Source of the DNA: Ophelia neglecta
Lineage: Eukaryota
Assembly (NCBI GenBank): GCA_965285935.1
Contig: OZ260661.1
Span: forward strand, 144,460,001-144,524,000
DNA length: 64,000 nucleotides
Direction: 5' to 3'
Shown here: piece by piece, positions 51,786 to 63,490 of the stretch
How positions within the stretch are numbered: position 1 is the stretch's first letter
Layout: each line of letters starts with the position of its first letter
Translations under genes and position numbers: made by a program
The notes under the pieces: model-generated
The model's database searches: none
Told to the model about the DNA's origin: nothing
The model's input: only the letters and a program-made list of their open reading frames with translations

Positions 51786-54700
51786 GTAAGTGGTCAACTC
51801 ATTAACAACTCATCAACAAATCCGCAATAAATCACCAAAGGCTTGCGACGCCAATAAATTTCTTTAATCGATTTTAGTTAAACAAATTTAAATAAATAAA
51901 CATAGTGTTGTCGTTTGAAATCAAGCTTTAACGACTTTAAAAGTTCCCGATATCGGAATCCCAATGTATAAGATTGTTAGGTCAGCTGGCGGAAAAGTCC
52001 CGAACTCAAACTTAGGAAAACACGCCTGGGGTGGTGAGAAACCAGTTTGTTTGGGACCATGTGACGTTATACACGTGGATTTCCAGACCGGATCCTTAAA
52101 ATTGTTTTAACCCCTACACACCCACGGTTGGGGGTTAGTAAATGTAGTCTGGTGGGGGGGGGGGGGGGGCTTCCATCCAGAGGGCTCCCAAAACGATCAC
52201 ACGGGAGTAAAAACAAAAAGAGTAGATTAAATGGCGGGAAAAATCTTCTTTTTATATAAAGAAAGAGCCTGTAATAATTCATCTGTAACACATTTAGTAT
52301 CAATACATATCATTCTTTAGCTGGACCTACGCATGTAGACATGGCCTTTATTGGCTGGTCTTGGTACGTACTATACGTACGTAAAATACATGCATTGCAC
52401 TCCCCGTTTATGCTCAATTAAACTTCTAACGTTATGATGCTGCTAAAAGAAGAAAGCATCCAGCTTTCTGCAAGCAGAGGGCGAAACTATATTGGAACAC
52501 TGTTGGGCTACCATGCGCATTTCAAATGAATCCTTCCCTGTTGATTTTTCTTCAAATGTCCACTTAGTGTACCCCCCCCCCCCCACGACACTAAGTGTCC
52601 CCCCCCCACGACACTAAGTGTACCCCCCCCCACGACACTTAGTGTACTCCCCCCCACGACACTTAGTGTACCCCCCCCACGACACTTAGTGTACTCCCCC
52701 CCACGACACTTAGTGTCCCCCCCCACGACACTTAGTGTACCCCCCTCCCCCCCATGACACTTAGTGTACCCCCCCCCCCACGACACTTAGTGTCCCCCCC
52801 CAACGACACTTAGTGTAACCCCCCCACGACACTTAATGTCCCCCCCACGACACTTAGTGTACCCCCCCCCACGACACTTAGTGTACCCCCCCACGACACT
52901 TAGTGTACCCCCCACGACACTAAGTGTCCCCCCCACGACACTTAGTGTACCCCCCCACGACACTTAGTGTAACCCCCCCCCCACGACACTGAGTGTACCC
53001 CCTCCCCCCCACGACACTTAGTGTACCCCCCCACGACACTTAGTGTACCCCCCCCATGACACTTAGTGTACCCCCCGAAGACACTTAGTGTACCCCCCCA
53101 CGACACTTAGTGTACCCCCCCCCCACGACACTTAGTCTACCCCCCCCCCACGAAACTTAGTGTACCCTCCACGACACTTAGTGTACCCCCCCCATGACAC
53201 TTAGTGTACCCCCCACGACACTTAGTGCACCCCCCACGACACTTAGTGTACCCCCCCACGACACTTAGTGTACCCCCCACGACACTTAGTGTACCCCCCC
53301 CCCCATGACACTAAGTGTATCCCCAACGACACTTAGTGTACCCCCCCCCCCCCACGACACTTAGTGTACCCCCCCACCACACTTAGTCTACCCTCCCCCC
53401 ACGAAACTTAGTGTACCCCCCCACGACACTTAGTGTACCCCCCCCCCATGACACTTAGTGTACCCCCCCCCACGACACTTAGTGTCCTCCCCCACGACAC
53501 TTAGTGTATCCCCCCCACGACACTTAGTGTAACCCCCCCCCCCCCACGACACTTAGTGTACCCCCCCCACGACACTTAGGGTACCCCCCCACGACACTAA
53601 GTGTACCCCCCCCCCCCACGACACTTAGTGTACCCCCCTACAACACTTTTACTTTTATTGTTATTCCTTACAGATTCGACAGATGTGACCATGGGGGAAC
53701 CGTTTACCTTTGAAGACATGTTAAGCAATGAATTTACACCCAAAACCTTCGATGCAACGTGGATCGGAGGTAATTTATTGTTAACATTAACCTTTAAAAC
53801 CAATAATAATTTGACTCAATTAAATCCATCCTGAAGGTTCTAACCGTTTCGTAATGGTATACCAATGATCGATGCACTGACCGATAGGATACATAATATA
53901 TTAGTATAGATTAAACGTATTTATTCTGTTGGTTTCCCTCAATAGCTAAAAGCCAATCGAGGAGGGTTGCCAAAAATAAACATACAATACCAAAATTCAA
54001 TTTACAGGATGAAGAGACAATTACAACATATAATTTTATACTTAATATGTTCATCTTGGTGTCTAACTATTTTGTTAAAGGACTTTTTAGTTGTGTTGCG
54101 TTGATTCATTTTGTTCCAAACGTATTAGATCACACAAGTCATCCGAGGCTTACACCTTTATACATTAACTTCCTGTTAGATGGTATGAAACTTCTATTTT
54201 TCAGTTTTTTTTCTTTTTCAGAGACCCACACTTACGTATACATGTCCCAGGGCGGTGAGCTAATGGCACACGACGCCGTTACCAACGGGACCATTGTACT
54301 CATGGATAACCAAACCTTTGTGAGTAAAAGGTTAACTGTAATTAATGTTCCCAACACCACCTTTGTGAATAAAGGTTTACCTGTAACTAATATACCTATT
54401 CACACCTTTGTAAGTACAATGGTTCCTGTAATTAATATTCGCCAACCAACCTATTGTAAGTGATATGTTTCCTGTAATTAATATTCCCAACCATAACCAA
54501 TATTCCGCAAATGAGCACAAGTTTAACTTTAACCGATATTCCCCAAATGAGCACAAGTTTAACTTTAACCGATATTCCCCAAATGAGCACAAGTTTAACT
54601 TTAACCGATATTCCGCAAATGAGCACAAGTTTAACTTTAACCGATATTCCCCAAATGATCACAAGTTTAACTTTAACAGATATTCCCCAAATGAGCACAA

Positions 54701-57700
54701 GTTTAACTTTAACCGATATTCCTCAAATGAGCACAAGTTTAACCGTAACCGATATTACGCAAATGAGCACAAGTTTAACTTTAACCGATATTCCGCAAAT
54801 GAGCACAAGTTTAACTTTAACTGATATTCTCCAAATGAACACAAGTTTAACCTTAACCGATATTCCCCAAATGAGCACAAGTTTAACTTTAACTGATATT
54901 CCCCAAATGAGCACAAGTTTAACTTTAACTGATATTCCCCAAATGAGCACAAGTTTAACTTTAACTGATATTCCCCAAATGAGCGCAAGTTTAACTTTAA
55001 CCGATATTCCGCAAATGAGCACAAGTTAAACTTTAACAGATATTCCCCAAATGAGCGCAAGTTTAACTTTAACCGATATTCCCCAAATGAGCACAAGTTT
55101 AACTTTAACCGATATTCCGCAAATGAGCACAAGTTTAACTTTAACAGATATTCCCCAAATGAGCGCAAGTTTAACTTTAACCGATATTCCGCAAATGAGC
55201 ACAAGTTTAACTTTAACCGATATTCCCCAAATGAGCGCAAGTTTAACTTTAACCGATATTCCGCAAATGAGCACAAGTTTAACTTTAACCGATATTCCCC
55301 AAATGAGCGCAAGTTTAACTTTAACCGATATTCCGCAAATGAGCACAAGTTTAACTTTAACCGATATTCCGCAAATGAGGACAAGTTTAACTTTAACCAA
55401 TATGCCCCAACTGTACCTCTGTTGATAAAAGGTTTCCTGTAATTGATATTTTGATACCTGATTTGTGAGTGAGATAGCCTGTTACCAATATAACCTAACC
55501 CCACCTTTGTGAGTTAAAGGTTTCTTGTAACCAATATTTCCTTTACTAGAAATTTGTATTGAACCCATTTATTTTAGACTTTCAAAAAAATGCATTTTGT
55601 AGAGCCCCTGGTTAAGTTGTTTATTAATAAACAACAACTTTCAATATAAAGTTTTTCCAGAAACATGTCCCGTTTGAATTATATCAATAGGTCTGTATTT
55701 ATTTCGTCCCTTTATATTACCTTAGTGTTTCTTATATATTTACTAGCTACCGTCCAATAAATCGTGATTTATCTGCTATTGTATCCAAGAAAAAAATTCA
55801 CGAAATCTCTCATTTTTTCAGAGATTACTGAATATTGACATTTATTTAGTGTCGGATGATCTTAACTATATCCTCTTGGGCTACCACAAGAAAATGGTCT
55901 TCAGACATTCCTTTACCGCCGAGTACATAATCTATGATAGAAGTAAAAAGGACCCAGCTCAGTAAGTACTAGACGTTTTCAGCTACAGACTAAAAACGGA
56001 GCATGCTAATAAGTAGTATACATTTCGAACAGAGGTCAAGGGAACCCTGCCGAGTAAGTAGTATACATAATTTTCGACATCGGGAAGAGGGATGAAGGGG
56101 CCATTAGATATCCAATCACTAGCTGTACGAAGCTAGTTCCGGCACCAATTGTAATATCCTTTTTATCCCGAATTTTCTGATTTCAATGTGAATAATTGAA
56201 ATTTTGACTTCTGGTCTGTTAATTGGTTTACTGCTAGGTGGTCATATATGTGACAATAATAACATTCTGGCCATCTATTTTACGTGTTTTCATTGACACA
56301 AGGGTAGTAAAAGTGGCGCGCTCATGGTTGTGTTTACATAGGGTAGTGTTGGAGAACCGCGTATACCGTGCAAGCTTGTTGGTCATCATGGTCGGCTTTT
56401 TTAACCAGGAATTACACATTTGCTTTTAAATGAGATTTGCTTTAAAAATGTATATGATTTGATTCTGAACGAATGTTTTGAAAAAAACGTTATAATGGTG
56501 GCTTATGGAAAACCTAATGCTCCCCTAATGCCAAAAAAGACGGAGATGCGCAGTAAGAAGAATAAAAAAAATATTCGAAAACTGTAAAACGAGCCAAGAA
56601 TTATAACTAATATGCAGTATATATGTAACGGATGTAGCATGGATCCTGTTGATTGAGTAGAATATTACCCTAGACGGTAAGATGAATCATATGTACATCT
56701 GACCTTGATCTAGACAGTGATTACGATGCAATGAACTAACGACCGGAAATTCTAATTGACGCTTAATATAATAAACATGTTTTACCTTTGCTCAGAAAAG
56801 CTGTTTTTTGTCGTGTCACTCCGTGAGTCTGTGGGCAACATAACTCAAACTACTGGTCCGGAATTGAATTAATTTGATAAGGATGTAGCTGAGGACCAGG
56901 CCTCTAATTGATTAACTTTTGCTTGGCCTACTTTCATTAAGTAGGATATGGCGCCATTTTTAAAGCTTACCTGCTAGCTAACACACTCCTCAGCAGAGCT
57001 ATCGCCAAATGTGCCGTGCAATCAATATGAAACTCATAGTGTAGTGGTTAAAGCACTCGCTTGTCACGCCGGAGTCGGGGTTGAATCCCCGTTTTAAACT
57101 TTTTGTGAACATTCAAGTGCTCATATATCAGTTGTGCATGGGTCCATGGAAGAATAAAGAACCTGGATTATAGCCAGACAATTCATTTATTTAATAAAAG
57201 AAAGAGAGTGCATGCTTGAACAAATGTTAATGCATCCGATTGGATGCACATTTCAGTGGATGATAAAGGTCGTTAACTATTTACATCTTCTTTGCCAAGT
57301 AAACAGAGCCCGTTCCCTACCAGTGCCAATGAGGAGTGGAATGGCAAGAGACTGCAGTTCGCTGGCTGGTCTCCTACAGGGCACCAACTGGTACAGCATC
57401 ATTATTTATGTTATCATTCAAAGTGTTATATGAGTTCAGTCAACGCTTGGCTCAATAGGTTACTTCTCATGTGTTCTATCTATGAATTGGGATAAGGTGT
57501 ATCCAAAATAATTTACATCAAAACAACCTATTACAACGATAGCCCTGTTTTTTACACTGATTATAATATCAAAACTACATTTTGCTGCACCTACTGTTAA
57601 GTAAATAAAATGATTATCTTGTTTTCAGACGTTTGTATATGAAAACAATTTGTACCATCAATCGGACCCATACTCCACGCCAACCCAGGTCACGGAAAAT

Positions 57701-60700
57701 GGACGCCCGAAAATAATTTATAACGGCATCCCTGATTGGCTGTATGAAGGTAAGGCTTTACTAAAATTAACATTATATGTCTTTTTGGCATTTTGGTAGA
57801 ACTCAAATATTAAATTCTTTCATTATTTCTTTATCACCGGATAGGGAACAGAACCCGGTTTCTGGAAGCGTCTTAAATATATTTCGATAAAAATCAGGAT
57901 TAAAGTGCTTAATCTTTCTTAACTTGATAATCTGGAAGCTGGATTTGGTCTTAAACCCAGTCTTTTTGGTCTTAAACAATATCCTGGTCAATGGAAACAC
58001 AGATTAACGCGGCCACAGGTAATCGATATCGGATTATCTAATTAAAACCTTACGATCTCTTCTGAAAACCTGGGCATGGTGATTGATGTGTGTGGACCGG
58101 ACGTTAATAGTTGTTCCTGTTGATTACGGACTGGATTTGGTCTTTAACTTAAACCTGGTCAATGGAATCACTGATTCAATGGAATCACCGATTAAGGCGG
58201 TCTCAGCTAATCAGTAATAGGCTAATGTAATCCCAAACCCAACACATCTAGAAACCAGGCCTTGGTGATCACTGCTATTATTAGGGTTGGTTAATTGGTT
58301 GTTTGTTTGGTGTTTGCCATTTTGGTCTTAACATAATCCTGGTCAATGAAAACACTGATGAATGCAGTCTCCGCAGTCTCGTAACTAGTACTGTTTTGCT
58401 ACAGAATAAAACTGTTAATTGTTAGGCCTGGGTGTAAGCTGACATGTGTTCCCGTTACAGTGAAGAATTGTCACTGGAAACACCGATCGACGCGGGTGAT
58501 AGATGTGTGCGGACCGGAAACTGATAGTTCCTGTTGATAACTGACTGATTTACTATACTAACCCTGATTTACGCTTTTACTATGTCTGCCCCATATCCAA
58601 TCCAGTGTTAATGTGTACTATATCTGGGTTTTATATTCCCCCAGAAGAGGTGTTGGGTAGTAATGTGGCCCACTGGTGGTCCCCAGGCGGTGATTATCTG
58701 TGTTACGCCATGTTTAACGACTCCCAAGTGCCGCTGTACAAATTTCCTTACTACGGAGCTGGCACCAACATCTATGGCAACATTGAATCTATCGCCTATC
58801 CTAAGGTAGGTAGTTTCCTTCTACAATGAATAATGGAACAATTTATTTGTAACCATCAGTCAGTTTTTCAATCCTGTTTCATTCACATTTGGATCAGTAT
58901 ATATATATGTAAAATAGGAAGGAATTACAACATTTTACTTGTTCATATCGATTCGAACCATTTTAAGCAATTATTCTTGTGTTGTGATTTTTTCGTCCTA
59001 GCATACGGGTCGGTAATCATACTAAACTTGGTTATGTTATATATATTCATTAACGTTAATTTGGTAAAAGTTACTGAAGGTATGGTATATAAGTTTGACA
59101 ATCATTTGATTTTGGGTATTTGATTCATTTTTGGTGTGTAGGCCGGGGACCAAAGGGAGAATATCAACCCTACCTTCAAACTATTTGTGGTGAAGAGCTC
59201 CAATGTAAAAGGAGTTCACAAACACCTCCAGCCTCCAGTTGTGACAGGCCAGGGAAAGTACGTATTAAACGAACGTCTCTCTCTCTATAGATACACATCA
59301 ACCACTCAGTAAACGAGTCAAGGCCAGAAACCTTGAATATAATAACCATTCTCTTTGCAATTTTTAATTCCTTCTCTCACAGATTTGTCTATTTTACGAT
59401 GGTGAGATGGAGAGACGATGGTCACGTGATGATCGCGTGGTCGAACCGAGCCCAAAACAAAACGGTCATTACTATCTGTGACGTCATATCTACGGACTGC
59501 GTCAAGGTATCAGTCTAATATATACTAACTTTCCCACTGACCTTGCATTTTCGTTCTTATTTATTCGATTTTGTGATTATCACCCGATAAGTAAGAGCTT
59601 ATTTTGTAAACAGAATCTACAAGAAACTAACCATGAAGGGAAAGGCTGGGTCACTATCGTAAGTTTACCTTTTACAGTTTGTTTTAAGGCAAACATGCCT
59701 GATATTGCTATCTATGCTGCACTGTTTATATAATATAGATCGGTATTTAGTGGGTTAGAGACAACTCCCGATTCCAATGAATGACAATTTGTATTTGTAT
59801 TCTTAATACGGGCATATTTACAGTAATGGAAGTAGGTATTGTTGTTGGTGATTCTGATGATTATGCACAAATTAAATAGACTATTCTAATTCAATGAACT
59901 TGCACTTTCTGTCGGATGTCCATTCCCGTTATTATGCGGAAAACCTCTCATTTGATTAATGTAAAGCGACATTACATATCATTTACGAACTAAGTGTAGC
60001 TTCCTGTTTTTTCTCCAAATCAAATATTCGAGTCAGTATTAAGGGAGTGAGCAGACAGATCAAAGGGTTGGCGCCCCGGTTAGTAAAACGCACTCTAGCT
60101 TTTCCATGTCTATTGAGTAGTATATGAATGACTCTAGACCTACGACCGTGTTGATAATTTTTGTTTAGAACGAAGCAAGATTTATAGACGGAGGCCGTCA
60201 ATACCTCACGATCTTACCACACACGGACGGAGAAAACGGATTCTGGAAACACGTGACAATGGTATCTGCTCCGGTGCGTAGATACATTCTCTTCAGCCGT
60301 AGCCAAAGATATTATCGCTTTTGTTATATTGACCATCTCCTTTAATAAATTTACCATTACTTTTGATACTATTTAGCTCGACATGGCCATGTCACGTGGT
60401 CTATAGTTCTATCAAAGCCATTGTTCACCTGGTCAAAATATATTCAAGCCGATAGTCATTTAAATAATGCATATTGTCAACTGGTTAGTTTCTTTCTTTT
60501 ATATAGCTCGATACAAATGGGAGGGTCCAAGCGCTGACCGACGGGACCCACGAAGTTTCCAGAATACTGGCTTATGACAATGAGAATAAGCGTGTGTAAG
60601 TTACTAAAGAAACAACCGTTGACTGTGTCAGATATAGCACGTGTTTCACGATAAGAAACACTGCACGTATTATTCCGATTATTTTGAACATCGACCGTTC

Positions 60701-63270
60701 GTACACGACATTACTCCTAAAGTATGCTTCATATTGCTATTGTATATTGGAAGCAAAAAGCTACAGTAAGGCATCAAAATTATAATAGCCTTACACTAAT
60801 AAATATGAACACAGTATGTAACTTGACACAGGGTGCTATCCTCCTGCTTTTAATAATGGTATTGAAATTAAACACTCTGGTATCTAACACAATTAAATAA
60901 TTCTGATGGCCTACCTGCACGTTACAATAGAAATTATCCTTTTATTTTGAAATTTGGTTTTTGGGACACAGTATAGTACAAAAATGTGACAACCCCTTGG
61001 AGTGATGTACTAATGATGGCATTACGGTACAACAAAGTTCAACGATAATATCGACACTACACGTGTAGATTACCTAGGAAGTGCCACCTGGCCCGGCGCG
61101 TTTATGTATTAGTATATTCTGGTTCCACAGATAACACAATGCCTAATCGGACTTTGCGTGTCAAGGCAGGTAAATAGCTTTTTTTTTAAACTTTTTTTCA
61201 TCGAACAGCTACTACATAAGCACCAATGGCGATCCTCGAAAGAGCCACGTGTTCTGGGTTGGCCCTCCCTACGGGCCTACCGGCCAATCAACATGTTTGA
61301 CATGTGACCTAGATGATGAATGCCAGTACAACAAGGCGGAGTTTTCAAGGAGCGCAAAGTTTTATATACTACAGTGCCTTGGTCCGGGGGTACCTAGATA
61401 TACACTTAGGAGTACAATGGACGACAGGGGTAAGACCGCCAATTCATGCATAACATGTAGCTAACGGGTAGTCCCATTATTTGTTTGATTTGTCAGCGTA
61501 ATTTTGATCTAGTATAGACCTTGTGCACTTGACGTCACAGTCCATGTGCTCTGGGTGATACAAATATATACGATTGTCTGCATTTATAGAGCTGTTGATT
61601 CTTTTGACATGAGGTTGGTTTGGAAGCTGGTTCCAGGTCTTTCAACAAATAATGTAATGCCATCTAACTCGATGCCTGATTCCATTTTAGTCATTGAGTC
61701 TACAGTTGACAATAATCTGGAGACGTGATCATTCCTCTTCGTGCCAATATCAAAATAGAAATACATTTTCTTATAGTCAGTCTCTCGAGACTACGTCTAA
61801 TGATAGATATTAAATAACATCAAGTAGTCTGCATGTCATTATTTAGGCAATTTAATCACAGCATATTCATCCTATTGTGCTACAATTATATATGCTCATT
61901 TATCGACACCGGCTTACATATAGCTGCTCAACGCAATTATAAGTACTCAAACAAGAGTAAAATCTGGTTAGACAAATTAGCTGTGATAACTGTGCTCGTC
62001 TAATGCAGAGTATGTTTTAACAAATGAAATTGAAAAGCAAGCTTGTGTAAAGCAGAAATTGCTGATTGTAAATATTACCATTAGAGCTGATATAAAATGC
62101 TTACATTAGCTATATACTCTTTACTGTTGATTTAGAGGTTATCCACAACCTTCTTCATCCAGTCTCACCAGGAATCCGGTAAAAGGAAAATTGTTTCAAG
62201 TTTGCTCAGTTAGAGCACCCAACAGAAAGACAATAAGTCATGATATTGAGTATATGTGTTTATCACCATATAAGACTAATCCACGAGATCATTGGCTCAT
62301 GACGTCAGTGCACAAGGTCTTTATATCATAATGTTTTGTCTGATACTAGTATTGTCATCATTCTGTTACATTTAAAGTCGTATGGATATAATGACTTTTT
62401 AATAAAATTTTAAATAGTCACAATCTCTCTTCGTGCAACTAGCCATTGCGTTAGAAGACAATGCGGAGCTGAGATCCAAACTAAAGAAACTAGCTCTTCC
62501 CTCCAAGGAATACTTCCAGTTTACGGCCACAGATGGCACTGGTAAGTAGACATACTTAACAATAGGTACTGTATTATTAACAGTCTAATTGACTAAACAA
62601 GTCCAATTAGACAATAAGGCGCGAACTTAAATATTCGGATATGTACAGACAGTGCAAAATCATTGATAATATGTACATTTACTAAGCGCTCCATTTATCG
62701 TAAATGAACGCAAGGGCGATTATCAATATATAAAAAAGTGCTCTACTTAAAAGCTTAACTTACTAGAATAAACAAGCATGAATCCATATCAGGAAGTATC
62801 CATTTTATCGGTCTGAGTTTATCTGGAACATTTTATTTACAGAAATATATGGTGAGATGTTGTTGCCTCCACTTCTGAAGAAGGACCACATAACTATGTA
62901 CCCAATGCTGGTCTACACGTGAGTGGTAAACATCAAATGTTTAAATAATGATAGTCCACATGGTTTTGTTTATGAATATTTGAATATGAGTTCAGTTGCC
63001 TCATATTTTGACTGATTAACGTCCAGAATTACCTTAGAAACCAAGCTAGATCTGAATACTCCTTCATATATCCAGGTATAATGGTCCCGGGACTCAGCTG
63101 GTGACGGACGAGTTTAAAATTGGGCTACCCACCTATCTCTCAAGCACAGAGAATGTGATATATGTATCCATAGACGGACGAGGCACCTCCGGACGAGGGG
63201 ATAACTATCTACATCATGTATATCACAACCTGGGGGTCACCGAGGTCACAGACCAGATAGACGGCGCCAG
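51671..63270 (+). CDS. DPP10: Dipeptidyl peptidase 6/10-like (S9B, DPP4 family) type II membrane protein; constant exons, 3'-incomplete
   Basis: 16 GT-AG exons join in consistent phase: 51671-51785, 53674-53769, 54222-54319, 55822-55961, 57300-57390, 57629-57749, 58645-58805, 59142-59257, 59383-59506, 59614-59658, 60169-60273, 60507-60595, 61209-61429, 62443-62541, 62843-62918, 63076-63270. Motifs: ELVGSSPSERNWRGI plus TM helix (DPP6/10 signature), FRHSF, NGIPDWLYEEEV, HWWSP, YPKAG, NRAQN, CLGPGVP, YNGPGTQ, IDGRGTSGRG, LGVTEVTDQI. The symbol means DPP6/DPP10 co-orthologue-like; the catalytic GWSYGG region lies outside the window. Confidence 0.93.
52560..53640. repeat. Intronic minisatellite acgacacttagtgta(C)n with variable C-runs
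   Basis: More than 40 copies; ends about 33 bp before the 53674 acceptor. Confidence 0.97.
53674..53769 (+). CDS. DPP10: DPP6/10-like constant exon
   Basis: cttacag|..NSTDVTMGEPFTFEDMLSNEFTPKTFDATWIG..|gtaatt. Confidence 0.92.
54222..54319 (+). CDS. DPP10: DPP6/10-like constant exon
   Basis: tttttcag|..ETHTYVYMSQGGELMAHDAVTNGTIVLMDNQTF|gtgagt. Confidence 0.92.
54497..55405. repeat. Intronic 36-bp minisatellite atattccccaaatgagcacaagtttaactttaaccg
   Basis: About 25 copies; explains ORFs 54377-55504. Confidence 0.97.
55822..55961 (+). CDS. DPP10: DPP6/10-like constant exon
   Basis: ttttcag|RLLNIDIYLVSDDLNYILLGYHKKMVFRHSFTAEYIIYDRSKKDPA..|gtaagt. Confidence 0.92.
57032..57091 (+). mobile_element. 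tRNA-Asp-like SINE head or pseudo-tRNA
   Basis: tagtgtagtggtt A box, ttgtcacg anticodon-like loop, degenerate ggggttgaatcccc T-arm; no acceptor stem. Confidence 0.6.
57300..57390 (+). CDS. DPP10: DPP6/10-like constant exon
   Basis: gccaag|..KQSPFPTSANEEWNGKRLQFAGWSPTGHQL|gtacag; acceptor chosen to fit phase 2. Confidence 0.85.
57629..57749 (+). CDS. DPP10: DPP6/10-like constant exon
   Basis: ttttcag|TFVYENNLYHQSDPYSTPTQVTENGRPKIIYNGIPDWLYE..|gtaagg. Confidence 0.94.
57849..58265. mobile_element. Intronic MITE copy plus partial duplicate (family of 1981-2223)
   Basis: cccggtttctggaa..gtgcttaatc..ttaacttgataatc..ggtcttaaacc..ggtcaatg..gaaaacctgggc; second partial copy ends tctagaaaccaggccttgg. 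Confidence 0.7.
58645..58805 (+). CDS. DPP10: DPP6/10-like constant exon
   Basis: ccccag|..EEVLGSNVAHWWSPGGDYLCYAMFNDSQVPLYKFPYYGAGTNIYGNIESIAYPK|gtaggt. Confidence 0.94.
59142..59257 (+). CDS. DPP10: DPP6/10-like constant exon
   Basis: gtgtag|AGDQRENINPTFKLFVVKSSNVKGVHKHLQPPVVTGQG..|gtacgt. Confidence 0.9.
59383..59506 (+). CDS. DPP10: DPP6/10-like constant exon
   Basis: ctcacag|..FVYFTMVRWRDDGHVMIAWSNRAQNKTVITICDVISTDCVK|gtatca. Confidence 0.92.
59614..59658 (+). CDS. DPP10: DPP6/10-like constant exon (45 nt)
   Basis: aaacag|NLQETNHEGKGWVTI|gtaagt; contains the family GWV motif. Confidence 0.88.
60169..60273 (+). CDS. DPP10: DPP6/10-like constant exon
   Basis: tgtttag|NEARFIDGGRQYLTILPHTDGENGFWKHVTMVSAP|gtgcgt. 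Confidence 0.88.
60507..60595 (+). CDS. DPP10: DPP6/10-like constant exon
   Basis: atatag|LDTNGRVQALTDGTHEVSRILAYDNENKR..|gtaagt. Confidence 0.92.
61209..61429 (+). CDS. DPP10: DPP6/10-like constant exon
   Basis: gaacag|..YYISTNGDPRKSHVFWVGPPYGPTGQSTCLTCDLDDECQYNKAEFSRSAKFYILQCLGPGVPRYTLRSTMDDR..|gtaaga. Confidence 0.93.
62443..62541 (+). CDS. DPP10: DPP6/10-like constant exon
   Basis: aactag|..IALEDNAELRSKLKKLALPSKEYFQFTATDGT..|gtaagt. Confidence 0.9.
62843..62918 (+). CDS. DPP10: DPP6/10-like constant exon
   Basis: tttacag|..EIYGEMLLPPLLKKDHITMYPMLVY..|gtgagt. Confidence 0.92.
63076..63270 (+). CDS. DPP10: DPP6/10-like constant exon (start of alpha/beta-hydrolase domain)
   Basis: atccag|..YNGPGTQLVTDEFKIGLPTYLSSTENVIYVSIDGRGTSGRGDNYLHHVYHNLGVTEVTDQIDGA..|gtaagt. 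Confidence 0.94.
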
Positions 63271-63313
63271 GTAAGTGTCTTTCAGTCAGCTTAGAACGCC
63301 TTTTCTGTAAATA

Positions 63314-63490
63314 CAGTGAAACCTGCATTAAAGACCACCTCTTTATTCAGACCCACGGTCAATTCAGACCACTAGTATGAAGGCCATGCTGCATACTTTC
63401 AATATAAACAAACCTGTCAAAACAGGCCACCTCTATGATCAGACCAGTATTAACAGTCCCTTGGGTGGTCTCAATTCACAGGTTCCACTG
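63314..63490. mobile_element. Tc1/mariner-type MITE, copy 3 (opposite orientation, intronic)
   Basis: ta|cagtgaaacctg...caggttccactg|ta. Confidence 0.85.

Noticed and set aside
52560-53640. CRISPR-like array of palindromic repeats
   Set aside because: The spacers are just C-runs, not unique sequences; eukaryotic intron; no cas genes.
54377-55504. Multiple overlapping repetitive ORFs
   Set aside because: Intronic 36-bp minisatellite within the DPP gene.
57032-57091. Functional tRNA-Asp gene
   Set aside because: T-loop lacks TTC, and the acceptor stem does not pair; treated as a SINE head or pseudo-tRNA.
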